Shown here: piece after piece, positions 21,133 through 30,859 of the stretch
Layout of the letters: each line of letters opens with the position of its first letter
Position numbering within the stretch: position 1 is the stretch's first letter
Source of the DNA: Pseudomonadota bacterium
Lineage (GTDB): Bacteria > Pseudomonadota > Alphaproteobacteria > MED-G09
Assembly (NCBI GenBank): GCA_036344135.1
Contig: JAYYUG010000050.1
Span: 1 to 48,972, forward strand
DNA: 48,972 nucleotides
Reading direction: 5' to 3'
Position numbers and translations under genes: made by a program
Notes under the pieces: model-generated
The model's input: the letters and a program-made list of their open reading frames with translations, nothing else
What the model was told of the DNA's origin: nothing
Database searches by the model: none

Positions 21133-21344
21133 ATAAAGATAATATCTGTCTATTTGACAAAATCAATTCGTTAACTTCAAATTTCTCATGTAATGTACAT
21201 GTCTGATATAGATTGTCCTGAGACAAGATAGGTTTGCTCACTCATAAACACTCCCAATAGATTTAAAAGAATTCAGTATTATGATATTGTCATGCTATCT
21301 TCTTTTTTATTAAAAATAAATGTTGAGATAAGGATAAAAAGAAT

Positions 21345-21902
21345 ATGGCTGAAAAATATGATCATCTAACAGAACAACATCAAAGATTTATCGATGCACA
21401 AAAGATCTTTTTCGTTGGAACCGCTGCAGCCGAGGGCAATATTAATGTTTCTCCGAAAGGATTGGAAAGTTTAAAGATCGTAAATAAGAATAAGATTTTA
21501 TGGGTAAATTTGACGGGTAGCGGTAACGAAACAGCGGCGCATACTCAGGAAAATCCTAGAATGACTCTTATGTTTACCTCCTTTGAGAAAAATCCTCTTA
21601 TCCTACGCGTCTATGGAACAGTAAGAGCTATTCATCGACTTGATCCCGAATGGGAAACAGTGATCAATCATTTTCCTAAATCTCCCGGATCCCGTCAGGT
21701 GTTTGACCTTTCCGTCTCTTTAGTGCAAACATCCTGCGGCTATGCTGTTCCTTATTACGATTTTAAAGGGGAAAGGAGTACTTTAGAAAAGTGGAATGAT
21801 GCAGCAGGTGAAGATGGGATAAAAAAATACTGGGAAGAGAAAAACACCCAATCCCTCGATGGTATAGAAACGGGAATAGTTAAGAAAAATATCAGAAAAT
21901 AA
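21345..21902 (+). CDS. pyridoxamine 5'-phosphate oxidase-like (split-barrel flavin-binding) protein
   Basis: FFVGTA, NVSPKG, LTGSGNETAAH, RMTLMF.SF...P.ILR.YG and VQTSCGYAVP. Confidence 0.88.
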   Translation: MAEKYDHLTEQHQRFIDAQKIFFVGTAAAEGNINVSPKGLESLKIVNKNKILWVNLTGSGNETAAHTQENPRMTLMFTSFEKNPLILRVYGTVRAIHRLDPEWETVINHFPKSPGSRQVFDLSVSLVQTSCGYAVPYYDFKGERSTLEKWNDAAGEDGIKKYWEEKNTQSLDGIETGIVKKNIRK

Positions 21903-21934
21903 TAAAGAACATCGTCATCCGATTTTATGTTTGA

Positions 21935-23167
21935 TTAGTCTTCACCTGTGAATTCCGGTGAAGTTTCAACACCTAAGAAAATTTTTCCAAGCTCCTGGTA
22001 CAACGGATGGGCAACCCATCGATGGGTAGCACAGCCATGAGCATCTCTCAATTTCCTTTCCAAAGGACTAACCATGCGCATACCACTTGTTCCTGCAGCA
22101 TTATGAATTTTATCAACAACTTCCATTGAAGCATTCGCAGCATAGGTGCATGCCAATCTCCCAAGATGCGTTGCATGTGGAGATGGTTTTTCTAGTCCGT
22201 CATTCAGCTCATCCTCTACGGACCTCATAGACTCCATTAAGAAAGCTCGTGCCGATCTAAGTTTAGCTTCAGCTTCCCCTACACGGTATTGAGCAATAGG
22301 TCTTTCACGAGTGGTTGTGGTTGAAAGCATCGGAATCTTATTTTGGGCAATGTCTATAAATGTATCTATAGCTCCTCTTGCAACACCAATTGCGACTGCT
22401 GCTTTGTTATAAGCAAGACGAAGTGCTACAGGTACACGATAAGTAGGGTTAGGATATAAAGCCGGAACAGTAATGAGCTCAACTGAAGTAAAACGCTCAG
22501 GAACAAGAGCGCCATCTGCTACGACATCATGGCTACCTGAACCTCTTAAACCAGCTACATCCCATGTGTCTAAAATTTCCCATTCGCTTTTGTTTAAAAA
22601 CCACATTTTCATAATTGGTATTCCGTTGTCATCTAATTTGGGTTCATCGTTCTCAACGATAGGCGCCATCATGAAGCACCATTCCGCGTTATGACAGCCA
22701 CTAATAAAAGTCGTCTGACCCCAAACCTTATAACTTCCATCATCCTGTTTTATAGCTTTTGAAGGAAGGCTTCCGGGTCCTCCTCCCCCGCACATTATAA
22801 CATTCGGATTATCCAGATAAACTTCCTTTGCCAACTTAGGATCCATCCCACCCGCAGCCATGGCATTAATCTCGGAGCCTAACATGACATTCCAACCAAC
22901 AGAACCATCAATTGCCGATATGGCTTCTATGATCTCTATTGTCTCACAAATTGAAGCGTTCTCTCCACCCAACTCTTCTGGTAAAGCAAAACGAAAAAAC
23001 CCTGCGTCAACTAAAGTTTTTATTGTAACATCTGGAACTCGACGAATTTTTTGAGCTTCATCCCCACCTTTTACTATTACGTCACGAAGAACTTCTACTC
23101 TCTCTAAAATAGGAAGATGATTTATTTCTTTATCTTTATCGACAACATTAGTCTGACTGCTATTCAT
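21935..23167 (-). CDS. flavin-dependent monooxygenase oxygenase subunit (ACAD fold, HsaA/IacA-like)
   Basis: AGFFR..LP.ELGG, DGSVGW, FISGC..AEW, DTWDVAGLRGSGSHD, AAGTSG and LERKLRD; SD GAGGAG. Confidence 0.85.
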   Translation of the reverse strand: MNSSQTNVVDKDKEINHLPILERVEVLRDVIVKGGDEAQKIRRVPDVTIKTLVDAGFFRFALPEELGGENASICETIEIIEAISAIDGSVGWNVMLGSEINAMAAGGMDPKLAKEVYLDNPNVIMCGGGGPGSLPSKAIKQDDGSYKVWGQTTFISGCHNAEWCFMMAPIVENDEPKLDDNGIPIMKMWFLNKSEWEILDTWDVAGLRGSGSHDVVADGALVPERFTSVELITVPALYPNPTYRVPVALRLAYNKAAVAIGVARGAIDTFIDIAQNKIPMLSTTTTRERPIAQYRVGEAEAKLRSARAFLMESMRSVEDELNDGLEKPSPHATHLGRLACTYAANASMEVVDKIHNAAGTSGMRMVSPLERKLRDAHGCATHRWVAHPLYQELGKIFLGVETSPEFTGED

Positions 23168-23278
23168 TTCTTGCTCCTCAGTAATTGATGTGATTTTTTA
23201 AATTAAAACTATAAGCCAGCAAAAGTAAATAACATTTAAATAATAAACATATCTACAATGGAACTGTTAATTATTTTC

Positions 23279-24136
23279 TCAAAAGACAATGGTTTTTAAA
23301 CCATTTAATAATACACGTCTTTCTGAATGCATACGCACTGCTCTCAAAAGAACAGTTGATTCAATATCATAGCCGCTTTCTTGCATACTTTTAGGAGATA
23401 CGTTGTGATCGACACGCAATACATCCTGTTCGATTATGGGTCCCTCATCCAGTCCTTCGGTAACATAATGCGCGGTGGCACCAATGATTTTCACTCCTCT
23501 TTCATGCGCCTGATGATAAGGTTTTGCACCCTTAAAACCAGGTAAAAAGGAATGATGAATATTGATGCATTGACCTTCAATGTCTTTGATAAATTCCGAT
23601 GATAAAATTTGCATGTAACGAGCCAGGATGATTAATTCGGATCCCGTCTCAAGGTATACGTTCTTAAACATCTTCTCTTGATCTTGTTTTGTGTCGGAAG
23701 TTACCGGTAAATAGTGAAAAGGGATTTTATTCCATTCGACGAGATCTTTTGATACCTTATGATTGGATATGACTGCTTGAATATCTATGGGAAGAGACTC
23801 TATTTTCCAACGGTAAATCAGATCGTTCAGGCAATGGCCCTCTTCACTGACAGCTATGATAGTTTTGCAAGGTTTTTCTGCATCATAAAAACGTCCTTCT
23901 ATTTTAAATTTATTTAGTTCTTTTTGAAATTCCGCTTCTAAGATATCCAAGTTGAAATCCGAGGAGTCTTCCTTTTCAAAAGCAATACGGCTAAAGAATT
24001 TTTTCGTTTCAGGGTCGCTGAAGGAAGACGCCTCTGTCATGAAGGCCCCTCTGTTAAACAAAAAATGGGTCGCCGATGCCAACACACCGGGTATATCAGG
24101 ACATATAAACTGAAGTATGATTTTTTTTGCCTTCAT
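23279..24136 (-). CDS. purU: formyltetrahydrofolate deformylase
   Basis: N-terminal ACT domain (CPD.PG), GHCLNDL, LARYMQILS, INIHHSFLP.FKGAKPYHQA and LDEGPIIEQ. Confidence 0.96.
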   Translation of the reverse strand: MKAKKIILQFICPDIPGVLASATHFLFNRGAFMTEASSFSDPETKKFFSRIAFEKEDSSDFNLDILEAEFQKELNKFKIEGRFYDAEKPCKTIIAVSEEGHCLNDLIYRWKIESLPIDIQAVISNHKVSKDLVEWNKIPFHYLPVTSDTKQDQEKMFKNVYLETGSELIILARYMQILSSEFIKDIEGQCINIHHSFLPGFKGAKPYHQAHERGVKIIGATAHYVTEGLDEGPIIEQDVLRVDHNVSPKSMQESGYDIESTVLLRAVRMHSERRVLLNGLKTIVF

Positions 24137-24152
24137 ATTCTTTTACCCGAAA

Positions 24153-25364
24153 CTAAAGCATTAAAGCTCTTCCAACAAACCAGAAAGTCCCGAGAGCAAT
24201 CAATAGTGCTCCAGAGATATCATAAGCTAAATTTTGGTACTTTCTGAAACTCGTCTTCCCTAACACATAAAGTATTAAAACGGCAAGGAATACAGATAAA
24301 ATCTGTCCCAGTTCCACTCCGATATTGAAACCCAATAGACCAAGAACCAAACCATCCGTAGGCAATCCAAGCTCTAGTAAAACACCAGCAAATCCAAATC
24401 CATGAATAAGCCCAAAAATTATTGTGATAACTGGCATCGCCCTTTGAGCCTCATCCCTACCTTCTAGTAAAAACCCGTAGCATAAGGTAAATAATAACAA
24501 CCCTATCCATGTTAGGATATTGAGTGTTCCTCCGAAAATAAGCGCAGAAATAGCCAAAATTAATAATAAAAGCGTACCAAGCCAGACAAAGCGTTTCTTA
24601 TTCGTTTCATCAATTATCAACGCCTCAAAAGCAACCAGCAGTATGGTATATCCTATTAAAGCTTCAACTGCGGGTCCCGATGGTTGTACAAAACCAAGGC
24701 TCGCTAAGGCCAATGTAACGGAATGGCCAATAGTAAATCCGGTGATAGCCAACAAGAGTTGTCTTGCTCTAAAAGTAATCAACAAAATTGTTGCTAAGAA
24801 AGCCAAATGATCGTAGCCAGCAAGGATATGTTCAAAACCTAGGGATATATAATCAACAAAAATTGTGAGGTTACTTCTTTCACTCTCCCCTGATGATAAA
24901 GAAAAACTTGCTTCCTGGCGTGAGGAAGTAAAAATGTGTTCTTGCCAATCATTATTATCGAGAAGTATACGTGCAAAATGAATATGGCCTGCCGAAACTG
25001 GAAAAAAAGCTCCGTTGTAAATTGAAAGTTTTTCTCCATCTCCAGTACAGGTAAATTCTATCTTTGATTGTACATAACCATTATCGATGAGTTGCGTCTC
25101 AGGTCCTTTTAAAATCTGACAAGGCTGTCCAGAAACAGAAATCTTTAAATAATTTTTTAGGTGGGTTGTCAGCTGGTCTTGAAGGTTGGGTGAATAACCC
25201 TCCAAAACCGGCAAGAGAGTGACCTGGCGTGCAGGCACAGTAAAAACAGCTTTTGCTATATTTTCTTCAATCTCCCATTTTGAGAAAGACCTGCTCATTT
25301 GATGAGCATGAGTCTCAAACGAAAGAAAGGCTATAAAAGATATAAGTAAAAGTTTCCGGATCAT
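24153..25364 (-). CDS. long-form HupE/UreJ family membrane protein (periplasmic N-domain plus His-containing permease domain)
   Basis: Signal peptide ending ...THA-HQMS; GFEHILAGYDHLAF, FTIGHSVTL, FGLIHGFGFA and FNIGVELGQ. Confidence 0.88.
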   Translation of the reverse strand: MIRKLLLISFIAFLSFETHAHQMSRSFSKWEIEENIAKAVFTVPARQVTLLPVLEGYSPNLQDQLTTHLKNYLKISVSGQPCQILKGPETQLIDNGYVQSKIEFTCTGDGEKLSIYNGAFFPVSAGHIHFARILLDNNDWQEHIFTSSRQEASFSLSSGESERSNLTIFVDYISLGFEHILAGYDHLAFLATILLITFRARQLLLAITGFTIGHSVTLALASLGFVQPSGPAVEALIGYTILLVAFEALIIDETNKKRFVWLGTLLLLILAISALIFGGTLNILTWIGLLLFTLCYGFLLEGRDEAQRAMPVITIIFGLIHGFGFAGVLLELGLPTDGLVLGLLGFNIGVELGQILSVFLAVLILYVLGKTSFRKYQNLAYDISGALLIALGTFWFVGRALML

Positions 25365-25374
25365 TTTTTATATC

Positions 25375-26220
25375 TCATTCAAAGTATTTAATCTTGGCTC
25401 TTTTTTTAAGCCACACCATATACTGATCAACAGATTCTTCGTCATTCCTTCGTAAATATTCAGTTTTAACTTGCTCTTTAACATCATTAAATGGAATTCC
25501 TTCTCCTGCTATTGAACTCAACATATAAATAAAACTGTATCCCGTTGTCGATTCAATTTCAGTTGTAATTTGCCCGGGTTGCAAAGTTTCTATTAATTCA
25601 ACGAGGGCTGGTTCTAAATAATCTTTTAATTTTTTTATGGGCAATAAGACATTCGGTATCACTGGAATAATGGGATCACCGAGTTTCTCTTTTACAACAT
25701 CAAATTCTTCACCCGCTATAAGTAAACCTCTTACCTCATCTAAACGCTGCTCATCCTCTTCTTCTGTACCGTATTCAATGAAGAGTCTTTTGATATGAAC
25801 TTCTGAAGGTCTGGAGAAAAATTCAATGTTTTTGGAATAAAAATCAACAAGTTTTTCATCGTTTACTTCAGAAACTATACCTTCAGCGATAATCTTATCT
25901 AACATCTCAGAAACTATGGTTTTCCTTACCATTCCTTCGTTTTGAGGAAGATCAAGCTCTAATCCCCTTTGCAACAAAAGCTGTTCATCAATCAACCTTT
26001 CTAAAACAATTATCTTTTCTTCATCCGTAATTTGATTTCTTTTGTTCATCATTAGCGCTTCTAGAGCAAGATCCCAGTCCGATTGGTAAATGGGATGATC
26101 GTTTACAATTACCACCACGCCCTCATTAGCAGAGTTTTTTTTGGAGTCAGGAAGAACACCAAAAAAAATAAAAACGATACCAATTAATAAACCTGAAAGT
26201 AAAAGGAATGTCTTTCTCAT
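25375..26220 (-). CDS. membrane-anchored SurA/PrsA-like foldase with degenerate parvulin (PpiC) domain
   Basis: N-terminal TM helix, VNDHPI, LERLIDEQLLLQRG SurA-N helix, L.PGQI...IES..GY and PF.DVKEQV. Confidence 0.8.
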   Translation of the reverse strand: MRKTFLLLSGLLIGIVFIFFGVLPDSKKNSANEGVVVIVNDHPIYQSDWDLALEALMMNKRNQITDEEKIIVLERLIDEQLLLQRGLELDLPQNEGMVRKTIVSEMLDKIIAEGIVSEVNDEKLVDFYSKNIEFFSRPSEVHIKRLFIEYGTEEEDEQRLDEVRGLLIAGEEFDVVKEKLGDPIIPVIPNVLLPIKKLKDYLEPALVELIETLQPGQITTEIESTTGYSFIYMLSSIAGEGIPFNDVKEQVKTEYLRRNDEESVDQYMVWLKKRAKIKYFE

Positions 26221-26229
26221 AGTGCTAGT

Positions 26230-28458
26230 CTAATTTTGTGAAACAAAAATAGGTGATGACCATGCACGGTGTTCTTCTTTAGAAAGACAAAGATCATCCT
26301 TATCGACTCTATAATCACCCCAACATGGGTTAACCTCGATACAATTTCCTTCTTTATCATATGTACAACGCGGAGCGGATCCGTTTATGGTATCGGTCGG
26401 CTCTTGAATAGCTCGCACATAATATATCGCTTCACGATCATTTGCTATAAATTCGTTATCTTCAAATTCTACCGTACATCCATTCTCATTATCTTCGCAT
26501 GGCAAAGACAGCCATGGATCCAAAATTAAGTCATCGATTGCCTCAGAGGAATTTATCTGAGGAGTAATCTTTATAATTTCTACTCTCGTAATCTTTAATC
26601 TTTCTGAAGAAGGATTATAACATTCTCCTGAGCATAACTTTTCAATCCTCTCATTGGGTAATCCGTTACTAGTGAACTCGGGACAACCCGGTTTTTGTTT
26701 AAAGGCTCCAACAGCTCTAACCACAAATCGAGGATTGTTATTTAAAGATAGCTCGGAGCCCATCGGATTGATAGCACCGTTAGAAATTTCATCAAACCAC
26801 AAAAGAATTCTTGGGCCAGAAGTTCCATAGATCTCCTTTCTGTTTAAGGAATCCCAAATTCCATCGCGAGATCTGTCTTTAACATGAACAGCAGCCAACC
26901 CTCCTTGTGTCCAAAATGCCTGTTGCCTTTCAAGTTCTGTTAAAGCAAAGCCCAATCCTCCTTTTAATATATCCTCATAAGTGATTTCATCAATGCTGGA
27001 CTTGACAGGTCCAGGGTCCGGATTCGTTGCATTGCGCCAAAATTTATTTATTCCACCCGCTGCTTCTGTTGTTGTTAATCGGTCAACAGGTTTGTATCCA
27101 GTTCCCGGTTTAGCTCTATGATTGTCGGAAGCCGCTATAAAACCCCATTTAAAATTGGTGGGTAGTTGGTTTTCAAAATTAGTGATAGCCAATCCGTACT
27201 GTACCGATGTGGTAGGGATGTGGTTAAAAGATGGCAAAAAACAATCCCGACATTGGTTTGAATCTAGCCATTCCTCAGCGTTTTCTCCTGAAACCGCAAT
27301 ATGTCCAGCCACACCAAGACTGGCGTGGATTTCTCTTGCCGTTACTGCTCTTTTTTCACATTCAGCATCGGTTTCTCCATCCGCAAGGCATCTCTTTCTT
27401 ATTATTTCACCCGCTTGCCAGCACGAGGGAAGGAACTCGGTAGTTGCTTCTGGACAGACGGGGTTATTAATATCTCCTATAACCTGTCTATAAGAGCGAT
27501 ACTCTTCCGAATTCCCGTGTCCCGACATAACTTCGATAATTTTCATTTTATCAGGACGCATCTTTGGTGATAACTGTTTGTCCCATGAGGTTGTTGGAGG
27601 CGTGTAATAACCCCAGGTGGATCCGTGAGGAATTATCAGAGGATCTAAGGATTGTTCTTCAAGTTTCCGCACGAGATCTCCAGGTGTGTTAGCGAATTCG
27701 TAACAACTTTCCTCCAACTCATTTGATGGAGAATTTTCATCACAAAAAGGGATGCCTCTTATCTCATTTACAAAATACTGAAAATCGGAATAGTGAGTAA
27801 ATTTTTTGATATCCAATATTCCAACTATTTTAGGCATAAGAGCATTGGAGTTAAGTCGAAGAGAATTCGTAGCTACACCTCCCGATCCTATCGGTCTCTT
27901 GGATAATTTGTCATCCTCAAGATCTTTAAAAATAACATTCTTATGGCCATAGTGATCTTCTGGCAATGATCCAACCTGTGTCCATTCAAATCCTATAAAA
28001 GGTATAACGTCATTACTTTCCTCACCGTTGACCTTAGAACATTGACGAATAAAATCTTTTGTTTCTGTCCACTTCCTTGGGGTGGAAGCCTCCGCATGAT
28101 CCGTAATAGCCCAAAAATCGATGGAAGAACAATACCGGGCGTAATCACAGGCATCGGCCATGGGATGTACCCCTTCACCTCCAAGTATCGGTAAAGACCA
28201 CCAAAAAGCATCGGTGGAAAATGTAGTATGGACGTGCAGATCGCCAAAAAGTATCTGTTTTGAATCGTCTCCGTTCAGAAGATTAGTAGCTTTTTTTTGA
28301 GAGAGTGTTCTTTCAGCAATAATATTCTCAGGCAGTGGTTCTCCCTGAAATTCTTCAACATGTCTAGCACGACCAAACCATCCCTGATACACCGCCATTA
28401 GAAATACAGATGATCCAATAATTGCAATTAATAGAACAAGAGAGATAATTTTTTTCAT
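26230..28458 (-). CDS. DUF3604 domain protein (PHP-like metallohydrolase), Cys-rich, N-terminal membrane anchor
   Basis: FGDLHVHT, ITDHAE, GFEWT, GHKNV, IPHG, SDNH, YGTSGPR, YYVR and RAWSSPI; about 20 Cys. Confidence 0.88.
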   Translation of the reverse strand: MKKIISLVLLIAIIGSSVFLMAVYQGWFGRARHVEEFQGEPLPENIIAERTLSQKKATNLLNGDDSKQILFGDLHVHTTFSTDAFWWSLPILGGEGVHPMADACDYARYCSSIDFWAITDHAEASTPRKWTETKDFIRQCSKVNGEESNDVIPFIGFEWTQVGSLPEDHYGHKNVIFKDLEDDKLSKRPIGSGGVATNSLRLNSNALMPKIVGILDIKKFTHYSDFQYFVNEIRGIPFCDENSPSNELEESCYEFANTPGDLVRKLEEQSLDPLIIPHGSTWGYYTPPTTSWDKQLSPKMRPDKMKIIEVMSGHGNSEEYRSYRQVIGDINNPVCPEATTEFLPSCWQAGEIIRKRCLADGETDAECEKRAVTAREIHASLGVAGHIAVSGENAEEWLDSNQCRDCFLPSFNHIPTTSVQYGLAITNFENQLPTNFKWGFIAASDNHRAKPGTGYKPVDRLTTTEAAGGINKFWRNATNPDPGPVKSSIDEITYEDILKGGLGFALTELERQQAFWTQGGLAAVHVKDRSRDGIWDSLNRKEIYGTSGPRILLWFDEISNGAINPMGSELSLNNNPRFVVRAVGAFKQKPGCPEFTSNGLPNERIEKLCSGECYNPSSERLKITRVEIIKITPQINSSEAIDDLILDPWLSLPCEDNENGCTVEFEDNEFIANDREAIYYVRAIQEPTDTINGSAPRCTYDKEGNCIEVNPCWGDYRVDKDDLCLSKEEHRAWSSPIFVSQN

Positions 28459-28474
28459 GTTATTTTACCTTTAG

Positions 28475-29557
28475 CTAAACCCCAAAACCTTGTATTTCTG
28501 CGGCTTCTTTCCTAACCCTTTCTGGGCCACCAAGAATCTGACGTGCTAAACCAATCCTTTTAAACCAATAATGTAAACCCAAAAGGTCTGTAAAACCCAT
28601 TCCTCCATGTACCTGAGTAGCAATCCTTGCCAGATTATGCGCTACCTCTGATAGATGTGCTTTTGCATGACATGCTGCAAGGCGTGACTCTTCAGGAATT
28701 GAATCCTGTGCATAAGCAGAATACCAAACAAGTGCACGGCAAGGCTCGAGTTCCGCTGCCATCTCAGCACACATATGCTTAACAGCCTGAAAAGATCCTA
28801 TAACCCTATTGAATTGTTTTCTCTCGAGAGAATATTCGACAGCTTTCTTCAACATGCTGTCACTTGTGCCTAACATATCTGCTGCCAACACCACTCTTCC
28901 AGCATCTATAACTTTATCAATAATCTCTTTTCCACCAGATATTTCTTCTGCCTTGCAAGAATTAAAAATAACCTCTGAAACAGGTCGAGTGCTATCAATG
29001 GTTGGTATTTCAGAAATTTCTACATCCTCTTCTTTTGTATCAACAAGATAAAAATTATTGTCTACAACCGTTACAATTATTCTGGGATCATGCTCTCCAT
29101 CCAAAGCAAAAATACTTGTTCCAGAAATCTTTCCGTTGTCAATTTTTAGACCTGTATCTTCGCGTGAACCAACTACTTCATTAATTGCAATGCATGCGCT
29201 AACTTCACCTTTTGCAATTTGCGGTAGCCACTTCTCCGCTAAATCCGATGATCCTTTATCCAAAAGACTTATAGGTACCATCACAGAATTGGCTACCCAC
29301 AATACGGGGGCCACATATTTTCCAATCTGTTCGGCAACTAAAGAAGCTTCAAGTACTCCCAATCCTGAGCCCCCATACTCCTCCGGTATTAGAAGTCCAG
29401 GAAGACCCATTTCTACAAACTGATCTTTGAGAATGTTTCGTAACTCTTTATCACCACCTGAATGGTTTCGAATAATATCCACATCACAGACGGACTCAAT
29501 CATCTTAGAGACACTTTCAGATAAAATTTCTTGTTCTTCAGATAATGCAAATTCCAT
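28475..29557 (-). CDS. acyl-CoA dehydrogenase, short (beta-type) subunit
   Basis: IPEEYGGSG, R.QF.R.IGSFQAVKH and QVHGGMGFT; 360 aa; 1-nt overlap with its partner. Confidence 0.9.
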   Translation of the reverse strand: MEFALSEEQEILSESVSKMIESVCDVDIIRNHSGGDKELRNILKDQFVEMGLPGLLIPEEYGGSGLGVLEASLVAEQIGKYVAPVLWVANSVMVPISLLDKGSSDLAEKWLPQIAKGEVSACIAINEVVGSREDTGLKIDNGKISGTSIFALDGEHDPRIIVTVVDNNFYLVDTKEEDVEISEIPTIDSTRPVSEVIFNSCKAEEISGGKEIIDKVIDAGRVVLAADMLGTSDSMLKKAVEYSLERKQFNRVIGSFQAVKHMCAEMAAELEPCRALVWYSAYAQDSIPEESRLAACHAKAHLSEVAHNLARIATQVHGGMGFTDLLGLHYWFKRIGLARQILGGPERVRKEAAEIQGFGV

Positions 29558-30759
29558 TATTTTTTTTCCTCTAACATGGGTTTTGGTTCTCTTGGCATTC
29601 CCAAACCAATTTCACTTATTATATTTTTTTGTATTTGGGCTGTTCCCCCTCCGATAATCAGACCAAGATCGAACATATAACGCCATTGCCATTTTCCTGA
29701 ATCATGATCGTGATTGCTTAAACCATAGATTGTTCCGAGTTCTCCGAGTAAATCAATAGCAAAGCCTGCGAGATCGTGATTAAGTTGGCATCCGTTTAAC
29801 TTCACAATCAGTTTACCCATCTTAACATCTAATCCTTTATGAGATGCTGTTAGGGACCGTAAACTATTATATGACATACTAAGGACTCTTCCTTGTAAAC
29901 GCATTAGACGGTCAAGATGTACTGGGTTATTGATAAGTTTTTCGCCATTAATAGTCTCGACATTCATTAGGTTTACTATCTCTTTCAGCCTCGTTGCTGC
30001 TTGATTAGGGTCTCCTAACATACCTCTTTCGTGTTTTAGGGTAGCATTTGCGACATACCATCCTTCGCCCCTATTACCGACTATATTGGTCTTAGAAACA
30101 CGTACATCGGTAAAAAACACTTCGTTGAATTCTGCGTGTCCTGTCATAGTCATTAGAGGTCTAACGTCAATCCCAGGGGTTTTCATATCAATAAGGATAT
30201 AAGAAATTCCTTTATGCTTGGGAGCGTCTGGTTCAGTTCGGACGAGACAAAACATCATATCTGCAAACTGTGCAGTTGAAGTCCAAATTTTTTGACCATT
30301 AATTATAAAGTCATCCCCATCATCGACTCCTTTAGTTTGCAAAGAAGCAAGATCAGATCCTGAGCCTGGTTCCGAATAACCTTGACACCAAATTATCTCG
30401 CCTTTGATTGTTTTCTCAATCCATGATTTTTTTTGTTCTTCTGTTCCAAGTTCTAAAAGAGTAGGCACAAGCATTGAAATACCTTGATTAGCCATTCCAA
30501 GTGGAGTTTGAGATTCTGTAAATTCTTCAGCAATTATTCTTGATTTTAATACATCTGGTTCAGCGCCAAATCCTCCATACTCTTTTGGTATAGTTCTTGC
30601 TGCATACCCATTTTTTATTAATTTCTCTTGCCAATTTGACTCTTTGTCAGCTGTATAAGCACTATCACTTGCTCTACTTGACATATGATTATTTTTGGAT
30701 AAGAACGATTTAACTTCTTTTCTAAATTTTATATATTCTGGTCCTGGATTTAAATCCAT
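29557..30759 (-). CDS. acyl-CoA dehydrogenase, catalytic (alpha-type) subunit
   Basis: WCQGYSEPGSGSDLASL, NGQKIWTS, FNEVFF, TLKHERG and IGGGT..IQKNII. ATG at 30759 with SD GGAG preferred. Confidence 0.92.
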   Translation of the reverse strand: MDLNPGPEYIKFRKEVKSFLSKNNHMSSRASDSAYTADKESNWQEKLIKNGYAARTIPKEYGGFGAEPDVLKSRIIAEEFTESQTPLGMANQGISMLVPTLLELGTEEQKKSWIEKTIKGEIIWCQGYSEPGSGSDLASLQTKGVDDGDDFIINGQKIWTSTAQFADMMFCLVRTEPDAPKHKGISYILIDMKTPGIDVRPLMTMTGHAEFNEVFFTDVRVSKTNIVGNRGEGWYVANATLKHERGMLGDPNQAATRLKEIVNLMNVETINGEKLINNPVHLDRLMRLQGRVLSMSYNSLRSLTASHKGLDVKMGKLIVKLNGCQLNHDLAGFAIDLLGELGTIYGLSNHDHDSGKWQWRYMFDLGLIIGGGTAQIQKNIISEIGLGMPREPKPMLEEKK

Positions 30760-30859
30760 ACTTCTCTCCAATAATAAGTTTGTGTTCAGACGATTTTAAT
30801 ATATTGTCCTTACTACAATTAGGAAAGAATATATTATATAGATGGGCAAGGAGATTAAA

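Noticed and set aside
21147-21226. Short palindromes (CATGTA-N3-TACATG, TTGTC-N4-GACAA, TGTC-N5-GACA)
   Set aside because: Short, inconsistently spaced and with no associated regulator; cannot be separated from chance.
27235-27260. CxxC in DUF3604 as a heme c attachment site
   Set aside because: It reads CRDCF, not CxxCH.
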